Under the pieces are notes generated by a model, which saw only the letters and a list, made by a program, of their open reading frames with translations, ran no database searches and had not been told where the DNA came from. The position numbers and the translations under genes are program-made. From assembly GCA_964527925.1 (NCBI GenBank), contig CAZGQO010000001.1, positions 324,808 through 388,807 on the forward strand: a stretch of DNA of 64,000 bases, read 5' to 3'. Shown piece after piece: positions 51,044-60,547 of the stretch (positions are counted from its first letter, which is position 1; every line of letters starts with the position of its first letter). The stretch comes from an uncultured Ignavibacteriaceae bacterium (GTDB lineage: Bacteria; Bacteroidota; Ignavibacteria; Ch128b).

Positions 51044-52938
51044 TGAAAATCAGAAATTTTGTTTTCATCTCATCACTATTAATTTTATTTATAGTTTACC
51101 TGATCACATTAGCACCTGGAGTTGTTCAAATTGATTCTGGTGAATTAGCTGCGGTTGCTTCTACACTTGGTATTGCTCATCCGACTGGCTATCCATTATT
51201 TACACTTATTGGTTATGCTTTTACAAAAATTTTCTTCTTTATCTCCAGAATTCAAGCTTTGAATTTACTCTCCACGATTTACACTCTAATCGGATTTATT
51301 TTTATTTATAAAATCAATTGCCTACTGCTGAAAAATCTTAATCAAGAAAAAACAGTTGAAAGAAAGAAGAAGAAAAAAGTCCCTGAAATGATTTTTCTCG
51401 ATGATAAAAAAATAAAAATTATTGGATTGGTTGGTGCTTTATCTGCTGCATTTTCAAAAACATTCTGGCTGCAATCGACTTCTGTAGAAGTCTATTCGCT
51501 TCACATCGCTTTGATATCAGTAACTTTATTTCTGTTTTTGAAAGCCTATTATTCTTCACAGAATCAAGATTTAAATTCATCATTAGTAAAATTACCTGAC
51601 TGGCTTTTATTTGCTTTTTTTCTTGGACTTTGTTTCACAAATCACATGACAAGCATCTTAATTCTTCCGGCACTTGGATATTTTTATTTCCAAAAATTCA
51701 AATTCACTAAAGAATCTTTCAAAAGAATTCTTGTGATGCTGATTCCATTTTTTATCGCATTATCTTTGTATGTCTATTTATCAATTGCAGCGTCTAACAA
51801 TCCAGAGATCAACTGGGGAAATCCAGTCAGCTGGGAAAATTTCAAAAGACATGTAATGGGCTGGCAATATCAAAGTTGGATTTTTTCGTCAACAGAATCG
51901 GCTTCAAAACAATTCAAATATTTCTTATCAATTTATCCTGAAGAGTTCGCTTACATTGGTTTGATCTTAGTCTTAGTCGGTATCTATACATTATTCAAAT
52001 CAAATAAAAAATTACTCCTCTTCATTCTTCTCTTATTCATCACCTGTGTGCTTTATTCAATCAATTACGATATCAATGATATCGATTCATATTTTCTGCT
52101 GGCATTCATTTCTTCTGGATTTTTATTGACCTTCGGGATCTATCAGCTGGATCAAAAATTTTCGAAGGATAAAATCAACTATGGATTTTTTTTAATTCCA
52201 CTAACAATTTTCATCCTCAACTTCGAAAAGGTAAACCAAAAAGATAATACTCAATTTGAAGAGTACACTTATTCAATCCTGAATTCAGTAGATAAGAATT
52301 CAATTGTAGTTTCATATCTCTGGGATTTTTTCATCTCACCTTCTTATTATATTCAATTTGTTGAAAATTATAGAAAAGATATTTCGATTATCGATAAGGA
52401 ACTTGTTCGAAGAAGCTGGTATTTCAATCAAATTAAAAGAAATTATCCAGAGATATATGAGAAATCAAAGCATTTGATTGATGCATTTTTGCCGGAGCTG
52501 CAAAAGTTCGAAAGGAATCAAAAATATAATCCACAAATTCTTGAAAAATTTTATAAGGAGATAATCTTAAATTTTATTCTGAGTAATATTAACGATAGAA
52601 CCGTTTATCTTTCACCGGAGATGGTAACAAACGAAATCCAACAGGGATGGATTGCACTTCCCGATTCTCTGAAACTAATCCCCGATTTATTCTTATTCAA
52701 AGTTGTAAAAGATACTTCATATCAACCAATCAAAAATCTTGATTATAACATTCACATCAAGAATGAAAACGATTATTACACTGAGACTTTGAAAAATTTA
52801 ATAACAACAGCTCATATCAATCGTGCATTTTATGAATTAAGGTATGGACAAAAAGAAATAGCGAAGAAACTTGTAAACAAATCTCTTGAAATAAATCCCG
52901 AACTTAAACTGCCCGATGAGTTATTAAGTATTGAATGA
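51040..52938 (+). CDS. DUF2723 / TMEM260-like GT-C fold membrane protein (putative polyprenyl-phosphate-sugar dependent protein glycosyltransferase) with C-terminal TPR-like tail
   Basis: 632 aa. N-terminal signature LAPGVVQIDSGELAAVASTLGIAHPTGYPLFTLIGYAF matches the DUF2723 conserved motif. 11 or more TM helices. ATGA overlap with the glnE stop. SD GGAGA. Confidence 0.7.
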   Translation: MMKIRNFVFISSLLILFIVYLITLAPGVVQIDSGELAAVASTLGIAHPTGYPLFTLIGYAFTKIFFFISRIQALNLLSTIYTLIGFIFIYKINCLLLKNLNQEKTVERKKKKKVPEMIFLDDKKIKIIGLVGALSAAFSKTFWLQSTSVEVYSLHIALISVTLFLFLKAYYSSQNQDLNSSLVKLPDWLLFAFFLGLCFTNHMTSILILPALGYFYFQKFKFTKESFKRILVMLIPFFIALSLYVYLSIAASNNPEINWGNPVSWENFKRHVMGWQYQSWIFSSTESASKQFKYFLSIYPEEFAYIGLILVLVGIYTLFKSNKKLLLFILLLFITCVLYSINYDINDIDSYFLLAFISSGFLLTFGIYQLDQKFSKDKINYGFFLIPLTIFILNFEKVNQKDNTQFEEYTYSILNSVDKNSIVVSYLWDFFISPSYYIQFVENYRKDISIIDKELVRRSWYFNQIKRNYPEIYEKSKHLIDAFLPELQKFERNQKYNPQILEKFYKEIILNFILSNINDRTVYLSPEMVTNEIQQGWIALPDSLKLIPDLFLFKVVKDTSYQPIKNLDYNIHIKNENDYYTETLKNLITTAHINRAFYELRYGQKEIAKKLVNKSLEINPELKLPDELLSIE

Positions 52939-53016
52939 CTTTTAAAACCATTTATGAAAATTAAGAGATTATGAATGATAATCTTCTTACTTGTTCAGCA
53001 ACTCGCAAAATTATTT

Positions 53017-54108
53017 TTATTTCAAGTAACTCAGTAGTTTATCAATTTCTTCTTTCGTCAGTTCATCTCTGGTTTTGAAAGTCCGTAAAGTCACATCAAC
53101 CTGTTGAATTAAAAACTTTTTCTCGTACCTTGGTGAGAAAACAGATCCATCCAACATGTATAATCTATTATTCTTTTCCTCGATGAATGTATAATTAACA
53201 TATGGTCCACCCATAGACATATCACTCATTCGCCACAATCCTTGTGTGAAAAGTGCATATCTGCCATTGAAATTATAAACCGACTGTCTTACATAATCTG
53301 GATTAACTTCAACATAAGCTTTATCATCTTTTGTTCTTAAAAATCTTTGTGTGATTCGATTTCGAATTGCAAGAACACTATCTCGATTTAACCATCTTGA
53401 ATCTACAGAATCAATCCAATGAATGAAAATCCATCTTTCCATATCTGAATCAGGTGATCTTCTTAGCCAGACAAAATTATGCTCTTTATCATTTATAGCT
53501 TCGAGAAAATCTGCTTGAATGTAAATCTTCCAGCCGTAATTTTTCAAGTATTTAGCTTCCAGGTCTTTCTTTTCATAGGTAGGATTGTATAGATTTTTCA
53601 TTACACGTTCATCAGATGCAGACTGAAAATAGTAAAGTAAATTTTCCAGATTCTGAATTGAATTCGTTCTCAATTCATCGAGTGTGTTTGCAACAAGAAT
53701 CACAAGCACCTGATTTTTAGCCCATACATCTTTCTTCTTGATTACAAATTCTTCACCATTCTTAATCAGATTCAATGCATTGGTATCAAGGATTGATTTA
53801 ACATAATCAGTGACTTCATTGTTTTTATCAAGAGAAGTGACTATCAATAAATTTTTTCTGCTTTGATATTTTTTAAGTTCTGAAATATTAGCTCGTTTTA
53901 ATTCGAATAGCTGCTCAGGTTGAGGTGTGATGATTTCTTTTTCAAAGATGACTGAAAGAAAATCGTAGTAATCATTCCATCTTGAAGAATCTGCAAAAAC
54001 AATTATTTCATCTTCCTTGCCAATGGCTGGCTTTAAGTTTGATTGACAACCAGTTGTAATTGTTAAGATTGAAATTCCTACTATTAAAAGAATGTAAATC
54101 TTTTTCAT
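53017..54108 (-). CDS. Hypothetical lipoprotein
   Basis: 363 aa with lipobox ITTGCQS. No recognisable catalytic motif. Confidence 0.5.
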   Translation of the reverse strand: MKKIYILLIVGISILTITTGCQSNLKPAIGKEDEIIVFADSSRWNDYYDFLSVIFEKEIITPQPEQLFELKRANISELKKYQSRKNLLIVTSLDKNNEVTDYVKSILDTNALNLIKNGEEFVIKKKDVWAKNQVLVILVANTLDELRTNSIQNLENLLYYFQSASDERVMKNLYNPTYEKKDLEAKYLKNYGWKIYIQADFLEAINDKEHNFVWLRRSPDSDMERWIFIHWIDSVDSRWLNRDSVLAIRNRITQRFLRTKDDKAYVEVNPDYVRQSVYNFNGRYALFTQGLWRMSDMSMGGPYVNYTFIEEKNNRLYMLDGSVFSPRYEKKFLIQQVDVTLRTFKTRDELTKEEIDKLLSYLK

Positions 54109-54112
54109 ATTC

Positions 54113-54826
54113 TCACCCTAATATATAAACATTAATTTGTGGTAACAATAAAGCGTAAAGAATCCACATAACTGTACCAATTGTAATTGGGATTGATAAA
54201 TTATCATCGATTTCAAACGACATACTCTCAGCAATTGTTCCAAAGAATACAGCTACAATGGCGATTATATATTCCATAAAGAGATATTCTGCTTTGGGAG
54301 TGAAAAAGATGACAATAACTGCCGAGATAAAAAATGCTGCAGAACCTTCAAGACTCTTTGCGAAAAATTTTCTTTTTCCAAATTTTCTACCAATCAATGC
54401 CGATGAAATGTCAGAAATAATCAAAACAGAAAAGGCAGTCACAAAAAATAATTTTGGAAAAACTATAATGCAGAATAATGCAGATAACAGAACATTCGTT
54501 GCACCGTTTAATCTCGTTCTTTTGTCGTCCTTCTCTTTTTTGCGGAGCAGAAATCCAAAAATTTTATAAAACAACTTTGCAACCTGCGGATTATAGTAAC
54601 GAATTACATCGACGATTAGAAACGCAAGAGTAAGAGGGACAAGAATTGTTAATGCTAATTGCTTTTCTATATGATAATAAATAATTGGAATTGATATAGA
54701 GTTAAGATGAATAAGTTTTCTTATAACCTCATGCCTATACTCAATTGTAGCAGCTTCGTGGATATTATGTCTGGACTCTTTCAAAAGATCAAGCTTCCGA
54801 AGTTTCTGAAGAGGTTGATTCGGCAT
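54113..54826 (-). CDS. CTP-dependent polyprenol (dolichol/phytol) kinase-like membrane protein, CdsA (CTP_transf_1) superfamily
   Basis: 237 aa with 6 TM helices. SVLIISDISSALIGRKFGKRKF resembles the GD/SD-x-x-A-x-x-x-G-R/K-x-x-G-x-x-K motif of dolichol/phytol kinases. Lies immediately after ftsH, the position cdsA occupies in many genomes. Confidence 0.5.
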   Translation of the reverse strand: MPNQPLQKLRKLDLLKESRHNIHEAATIEYRHEVIRKLIHLNSISIPIIYYHIEKQLALTILVPLTLAFLIVDVIRYYNPQVAKLFYKIFGFLLRKKEKDDKRTRLNGATNVLLSALFCIIVFPKLFFVTAFSVLIISDISSALIGRKFGKRKFFAKSLEGSAAFFISAVIVIFFTPKAEYLFMEYIIAIVAVFFGTIAESMSFEIDDNLSIPITIGTVMWILYALLLPQINVYILG

Positions 54827-56843
54827 CCGTTTTACCTTTTCTCAATTCCATCAATTTTTTAACATGGTCTGGAAGTTCTTCTTCTTTATGATTATTTTTT
54901 TTCACAGGAGGCAACTCTTCACCATGAATTAACTTTTCAATTTCTTCGTTATCAAGAATCTCTCGTTCAAGTAAGTTTTTGGCGAGACGATGTAAAATAT
55001 CAATGTTATCTCTTAAGATTTTTTCAGCTCTTTGCATGCAGCTATTTACAATGTTTTGAACTTCCTGGTCAATCAACTGAGCTGTTTTTTCACTCACTTC
55101 TTGATGTCTTGTAATTTCTCGACCAAGGAAGAGTTCTTCTTCACGACTGCCATAAGCAATTGGTCCAAGTTTTTCACTCATTCCCCATTCGCAAACCATT
55201 TTTCTTGCAATTTGAGTAACTCTTTCTATATCGTTGCCAGCACCAGTTGTAAATTCATTAAAGATTAAAAGCTCAGCTGCACGTCCGCCAAGTGCATAAG
55301 TCATCATCGCAAGCAAGTATGATTTCGAATAAGTATGTTTTTCATCGATTGGAAGATAAGTTGTAACGCCAAGTGCTCTTCCGCGTGGAATGATTGTAAC
55401 TTTGTGAACCGGATCAGCTTCAGGAATCATTTTAGCAACAAGGACATGACCACTTTCGTGATAAGCAGTCATTTCTTTTTCTTTTTCGGAAATGATCAAA
55501 CTCTTTCGTTCCATTCCCATCATTACTTTATCTTTCGCTTCTTCAAAATCTTCCATATCAACATATTTTTTATTCTTTCTCGCAGCAAGAAGAGTTGCTT
55601 CATTTACGAGATTGGCAAGATCAGCTCCGGAAAGTCCTGGTGTGCCCTTCGCAATGACTGAAAGATCAACATCAGGAGCCAGAGGAATTTTTCTTGTATG
55701 AACTTTTAGTATTCCTTCTCTTCCTTTTACATCAGGACGATCAACAACAACCTGACGATCAAATCTACCTGGTCTTAGCAATGCAGGATCAAGAATATCA
55801 GGTCTATTCGTTGCGGCAATAATTATTATTCCATTATTCGGTTCAAAACCATCCATCTCAATTAATAATTGATTGAGAGTTTGTTCTCTTTCATCATGTC
55901 CACCGCCAAGACCAGCACCTCGCTGTCTTCCAACAGCATCAATTTCATCAATGAAAATTATACATGGAGCGTATTTTTTTCCTTGCTCGAATAGATCTCT
56001 AACTCTGCTCGCACCAACACCAACAAACATCTCAACAAACTCTGCACCAGAAATTGAAAGGAATGGAACTCCAGCCTCACCTGCAACGGCACGAGCAAGT
56101 AATGTTTTTCCTGTTCCTGGAGGACCCAATAACAAAACTCCTCTTGGAATTCTTGCACCAAGTCGTTGAAATTTTGAAGGTTCTTTCAAGAACTCAATAA
56201 TTTCTTGTAATTCTAATTTTGCTTCGTCACAGCCAGCAACATCTTTGAAAGTTACTTTTGGAAGATTCTCGGTGAAAATTCTTACACGACTTTTGCCGAA
56301 GTTGAAGATTCCTTTTGTTCCACCAGTGCCACCCTGCATTCTTCTCATGAAAAATATCCATAATCCAAAAATTATCAACCATGGAAGCAGAGTCATTAAT
56401 GCTGTCCACCACGCAGAATCTTTTTCTTCAAATGTAAAATTAATTCCTTTCTCGTTCCAGACTTTAATGTTATCGGGTGAACCAGCTTCTGGCAAGAAGA
56501 CTACAAATTTTTTTGTTCTTATTGTTCGATTTGCACCGACATTAAGATTTTCTTCCTGTTTTAACTTTCCGTGAAAGTAGTAGTTATTAATTTCTGATTT
56601 TTTGATTACAGCACTTTCAATTTTATTTTCATTAAGAAGTCGCTGATATTCGTTATAAGTTATTTCCACTTCCGCCATATCCCCGGAACGAAACATTTGC
56701 ATCACAATTAAAGCAGCGACAATTACTCCGCCCCAACCGAATACGGTTCTTAAGATCTTTGACCAATCAAAATTTTCATTGTTTTTGTTTGGTTTGTTAT
56801 CGGGTGAATTATCTTTATTATTTTGTTTTTTGTTGTCTTCCAT
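54789..56843 (-). CDS. ftsH: ATP-dependent zinc metalloprotease FtsH
   Basis: 684 aa. Two N-terminal TM helices, Walker [26 protein letters not shown], zinc site HESGHVLVA. Confidence 0.95.
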   Translation of the reverse strand: MEDNKKQNNKDNSPDNKPNKNNENFDWSKILRTVFGWGGVIVAALIVMQMFRSGDMAEVEITYNEYQRLLNENKIESAVIKKSEINNYYFHGKLKQEENLNVGANRTIRTKKFVVFLPEAGSPDNIKVWNEKGINFTFEEKDSAWWTALMTLLPWLIIFGLWIFFMRRMQGGTGGTKGIFNFGKSRVRIFTENLPKVTFKDVAGCDEAKLELQEIIEFLKEPSKFQRLGARIPRGVLLLGPPGTGKTLLARAVAGEAGVPFLSISGAEFVEMFVGVGASRVRDLFEQGKKYAPCIIFIDEIDAVGRQRGAGLGGGHDEREQTLNQLLIEMDGFEPNNGIIIIAATNRPDILDPALLRPGRFDRQVVVDRPDVKGREGILKVHTRKIPLAPDVDLSVIAKGTPGLSGADLANLVNEATLLAARKNKKYVDMEDFEEAKDKVMMGMERKSLIISEKEKEMTAYHESGHVLVAKMIPEADPVHKVTIIPRGRALGVTTYLPIDEKHTYSKSYLLAMMTYALGGRAAELLIFNEFTTGAGNDIERVTQIARKMVCEWGMSEKLGPIAYGSREEELFLGREITRHQEVSEKTAQLIDQEVQNIVNSCMQRAEKILRDNIDILHRLAKNLLEREILDNEEIEKLIHGEELPPVKKNNHKEEELPDHVKKLMELRKGKTDAESTSSETSEA

Positions 56844-56855
56844 ATTTTCTCCAAT

Positions 56856-57413
56856 TCAACTCTTTAAAGCGTATATTGATCTTAAATTTCTATATTTCTG
56901 AGTATGGTCTAAACCATACCCTATTACAAATCTATTAGGAATTTGAAATCCGATGTAGTCAAGCTTAATATCGTATTTAGTTGCTTCAGGTTTATGAAGT
57001 AAAGTAACAATTTTTATGCTCTCTGGTTTCTGTGATTCTATCAAGTTTTTCATATAAACAATTGAAAGACCTGAATCCACAATATCTTCAACTATAATTA
57101 CATCTCTGCCTTTAATATCTGCATTCAATTCTTTTATCAGTTTCACATTTCCGCTTGAGATTTTTGCGTCTCCATAACTTGATAATTTCAAAAAATCTAC
57201 TTCACAATCAACAGAAATGTTTCTGATTAAATCGGCAAAGAAGATGACAGAACCATTAAGGACACCAATAAAGATTGGTACTTTTTTCACATAATCTTTA
57301 CTAATCTCTTCGCCTAATTCAGCTACTCTCTTTTGAATGGTTGGTTCATCGATTAAAATTTCAAAAGTTTCACCATTAACAACAATTTCTTTTGCGTTAA
57401 ATTTCGAAATCAT
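56856..57413 (-). CDS. hpt: Hypoxanthine-guanine phosphoribosyltransferase
   Basis: 185 aa. PRPP-binding VIIVEDIVDSGLS. Confidence 0.85.
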   Translation of the reverse strand: MISKFNAKEIVVNGETFEILIDEPTIQKRVAELGEEISKDYVKKVPIFIGVLNGSVIFFADLIRNISVDCEVDFLKLSSYGDAKISSGNVKLIKELNADIKGRDVIIVEDIVDSGLSIVYMKNLIESQKPESIKIVTLLHKPEATKYDIKLDYIGFQIPNRFVIGYGLDHTQKYRNLRSIYALKS

Positions 57414-58797
57414 AATTTATTCTCGCTTTTATTACTCGTTTAGTTTCACTGGTGACTTTGTATTTTTCAGAAAGTCTTACACCAACAACCCAAATTATCT
57501 CATTTCCATCACAAAGAACAAGAATTTGTTTCTTGAATAAAGCAGGGACTTTTGCATCAGTGAGCAAATCACTAACTTTTTTCGAATACTTCATACCTAA
57601 CGGAACAAGTTTATCACCAGGTCTCCAATTTCTTAAAATTAATTTGCCTTTAATTTTTTCTTCATCAAAAAATTCGACTGAAGAATTATCTGATAACTTA
57701 ACTTCTTTCACTAATGCTGAACTTATCTTGAATTCAAAATAACTTCCGTAATATTTCTGCAATTTTGAATCGTAGGTAATCGAAATGTTTACTTCTTCAA
57801 ACTCGGGGATTGTTAAGATCAAAATAGAAGCTGATTCTCTTAACGCAACAATTTTATCGGTTATCTGAATTGTAGTTCCTTTGTCCTGTTTGATTAGATT
57901 AATTATCTCCTTAGTTTTATCATAACCGAGTGAAAGATTAAATTGAATTTCAACTTTCTTTCTCACCATATCCATTATGATGTAACTTTTGTAATCAACA
58001 CTCTCTTCGAGACGAATTCTAAGCATCTTATCGACTTTTTTCGAAACAAACAATTTTTCAAACTTTTCTGATTCCTTCTCAATATATTTTTCAAGTAACC
58101 AGAGGAGTTGTGCCGTAGAAAGTAAAGTTTCGTGAAGGTTAGGATTTAATTCCTGTAATAAAGGAATGATTTTGTTTCTGATAAAATTCCTTGTGTATTC
58201 TTCATTGAAGTTTGTTTCATCAATTCTAAACTCTAATTCTTCTTCTTTCAGGAAATTTGTTATTTCATCTTTAGTGAGACAAAGCAATGGTCTTATAATA
58301 TTATCTCTTTTTGCAGGAATTCCTCGCAAGCCTGATACACCGCTACCTCGAGCAAAATTGAAAATCATAGTTTCAACATTATCGTTGAGTGTATGTCCAG
58401 TTGCAATTTTATTTGCACCAAATTTCTGAGAGGCTGCTTGAAATAGTTTGTATCGTTCTTCTCGTGCAGTCTCTTCAATACTCTTTTTTCTATCTTTAGC
58501 TAATGTTGCGATATCTTTCTTTTCGACTAATAATCCTATCTTGTTTTCTTTACAGAAATTTTTTACAAAAAGTTCGTCATCATCAGAGTTTTTGCCCCTT
58601 AGTTGATGATTCAAATGAGCCGCGTAAATTTTTAAGTTGAATAAACTCTTGATTATTAGTAGAAGATACATCAAAAAAGTAGAATCTGGTCCTCCACTGA
58701 AACCGACAACAATTGAATCATTATTTTTGATCATTTCGTTGTCTCTGATGAATTTCAGAACTTTTTGAACTATGGCAGAATTAATTCTTTTTTTCAT
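57397..58797 (-). CDS. tilS: tRNA(Ile)-lysidine synthetase
   Basis: 466 aa. PP-loop VVGFSGGPDSTFL. Conserved tilS-hpt-ftsH gene order. Confidence 0.85.
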   Translation of the reverse strand: MKKRINSAIVQKVLKFIRDNEMIKNNDSIVVGFSGGPDSTFLMYLLLIIKSLFNLKIYAAHLNHQLRGKNSDDDELFVKNFCKENKIGLLVEKKDIATLAKDRKKSIEETAREERYKLFQAASQKFGANKIATGHTLNDNVETMIFNFARGSGVSGLRGIPAKRDNIIRPLLCLTKDEITNFLKEEELEFRIDETNFNEEYTRNFIRNKIIPLLQELNPNLHETLLSTAQLLWLLEKYIEKESEKFEKLFVSKKVDKMLRIRLEESVDYKSYIIMDMVRKKVEIQFNLSLGYDKTKEIINLIKQDKGTTIQITDKIVALRESASILILTIPEFEEVNISITYDSKLQKYYGSYFEFKISSALVKEVKLSDNSSVEFFDEEKIKGKLILRNWRPGDKLVPLGMKYSKKVSDLLTDAKVPALFKKQILVLCDGNEIIWVVGVRLSEKYKVTSETKRVIKARINYDFEI

Positions 58798-59692
58798 AAG
58801 TTAAATTCTTCATATAGTCATAGATTTGTTTTGAAACTCTTGCAATAGTTTCTTTTCCTTTTGTTGCATCTTCAAGTTCTTTAGATAAAATCACCAGTAC
58901 ATATTGCTTACCATCTGGGAGAAAAACTATTCCGCTGTCATGTTCAACCTTTGATATACTTCCTGTTTTGTGAGCAACTTTGACATCTCCTGGTAAATAT
59001 TTTGGAATTTTATCATTGAATTTTTGGTCCATCAAAATTCTAATCATTGCATCACAATCTTTTTCAAATAAGATTTTCTTTTCAGCAATCAAAAGATAAA
59101 GTTTCATCAAACTCAGAGCATCGGTAATATTGTTTAATCCAGCTTCATAAGCTTTGATGTCTTCAACACCACGCAGGACTTTTAAGTTTTCTATTCCTAA
59201 ATTTTTCATTGTTTGATAAACTTTATCAGCACCAACTAATTCAATCAAAAGATTTGTAGCTAAATTACTGCTTACAGTAATCATATCATATACTAAATCA
59301 TATATCTTGTGTTTTTGACCGATCAATGAATAAAGTTTATCATCACTATCACTGGAAAGATCAAGACTATAGGGTGATCCATCCACAATACTTTTAAATT
59401 CATTCTTAACAAGGATAGAATCATCGAGAGAAAATTTGCCCTCGCCAGCCTGTTTGAAAACTTCTATCATCACAGGAGTTTTCATCGTGCTTGCGGCATG
59501 AAAAATAATCGACTCGTTGATTAAAATTTGATTTTCCGAATTGCCAATTTCCTGGAAAGCAACAGCGAAAGTACCAGCAGTGGAGCTTAATTCTTTTTCA
59601 ATATTTTGTTTTAATGGATTCAAATTAACCTGTGAATGAATTTGATTTACAAAAGCAAGCATAAAAAAAAATATTGAAATGTATACTCTCAT
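58781..59692 (-). CDS. Class A beta-lactamase-like periplasmic serine hydrolase
   Basis: Start refined to MRVYISIFFFMLAFVNQIHSQ (signal peptide). SxxK = HAASTMK, SxN = VSSNL, KTG = HKTGS. Omega-loop Glu166 context not canonical. Confidence 0.6.
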   Translation of the reverse strand: MRVYISIFFFMLAFVNQIHSQVNLNPLKQNIEKELSSTAGTFAVAFQEIGNSENQILINESIIFHAASTMKTPVMIEVFKQAGEGKFSLDDSILVKNEFKSIVDGSPYSLDLSSDSDDKLYSLIGQKHKIYDLVYDMITVSSNLATNLLIELVGADKVYQTMKNLGIENLKVLRGVEDIKAYEAGLNNITDALSLMKLYLLIAEKKILFEKDCDAMIRILMDQKFNDKIPKYLPGDVKVAHKTGSISKVEHDSGIVFLPDGKQYVLVILSKELEDATKGKETIARVSKQIYDYMKNLTYEKKN

Positions 59693-59702
59693 AAAATATT
59701 GT

Positions 59703-60176
59703 TTATCTTGAAATCTCAAGAATCTGAAGTTCAATCAATCCTGCAGGGACATTTACTTTAACAACATCCCCGACTTTTTTCCCGAGCAATTGCCTGCCAA
59801 TAGGACTGTTGATTGACATTTTACCGTTTTCAAAATCAGCTTCTTCAGGAGAAACGAGATGATAGATTTGTTCTTTATTGGTTTTAAGATTTTTGACCTT
59901 AACTTTTGTAAGAACTCTAACTTCATCTGTTGAGATTGAATTTGTATCGATTATTTTAGCACGAGCTAGCATACTTTCAAGTTTAGCAATTTTAAGTTCG
60001 AGCAATCCCTGTTCTTCTTTGGCAGCATCATACTCCGCGTTTTCTGAAAGATCACCGTGAGTCCGAGCTTCAGCAATTTTTTGAGCTATTTCTTTTCGAC
60101 CACGAATTTTTAAGTCATTTAATTCTCTTTCGAGTTCGAGTAGTCTTTCTCTTGTCATATAAATGTAGTCGTTCAT
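59703..60176 (-). CDS. greA: Transcription elongation factor GreA
   Basis: 157 aa. N-terminal coiled coil with acidic tip (DLSENAEYDAAKEEQ) and C-terminal FKBP-like domain. SD AAAGAGG 7 nt before the ATG. Confidence 0.9.
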   Translation of the reverse strand: MNDYIYMTRERLLELERELNDLKIRGRKEIAQKIAEARTHGDLSENAEYDAAKEEQGLLELKIAKLESMLARAKIIDTNSISTDEVRVLTKVKVKNLKTNKEQIYHLVSPEEADFENGKMSINSPIGRQLLGKKVGDVVKVNVPAGLIELQILEISR

Positions 60177-60200
60177 ATTGAAAACCTCTTTAAACTTGTT

Positions 60201-60235
60201 GGGACACTATAAAAAAATTAGCCACTTCCTTAAGG
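60201..60235 (-). terminator. Intrinsic terminator in the greA leader (GraL-like attenuator), about 25-60 nt upstream of the greA ATG
   Basis: Minus-strand RNA: UUAGCCAUUUCC-cuuaa-GGAAGUGGCUAA (11-bp stem, one mismatch) followed by UUUUUUUAU, then the SD and ATG of greA. Confidence 0.55.
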
Positions 60236-60359
60236 GAAATGGCTAATTCTCAGTACAAACTTAGTGAAAGGTCATTTTATTAGCAAATGATTTTTAAGGA
60301 TGTGATAATTGGCGAATTTAATTTGTGTTCATTTGCGTAATTCGTGGTTGGAAATGTTT

Positions 60360-60377
60360 AGCCGCTAATTCACGAAT
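60360..60377. repeat. 18-bp direct repeat AGCCGCTAATTCACGAAT, copy A (second copy at 61837-61854)
   Basis: Identical 18-mers in the same orientation, 1,477 bp apart, flanking the COG1373 ATPase pseudogene. Copy B forms a perfect 10-bp hairpin (cgctaattca / tgaattagcg). Confidence 0.5.
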
Positions 60378-60547
60378 TTTTTGCTGTAAAAAAGCAAATC
60401 TAGTTTTAATTTTTTCTTAACATCACTTTGATTTACGCTAAAATCTCATAAAGTATAAATTTATTTCAATACTAAATCTGGTTTTATCATAAATATAAGA
60501 TTTTATATTTTTTATGATTATCAATATAAATTCATTCAGATTGATGA

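Noticed and set aside
55335-56574. Several plus-strand ORFs (55335-55661, 55492-55701, 55873-56169, 56245-56574) and a minus-strand ORF (55958-56161) inside ftsH
   Set aside because: All are embedded in the strongly supported ftsH coding sequence, with no independent start or RBS signals.
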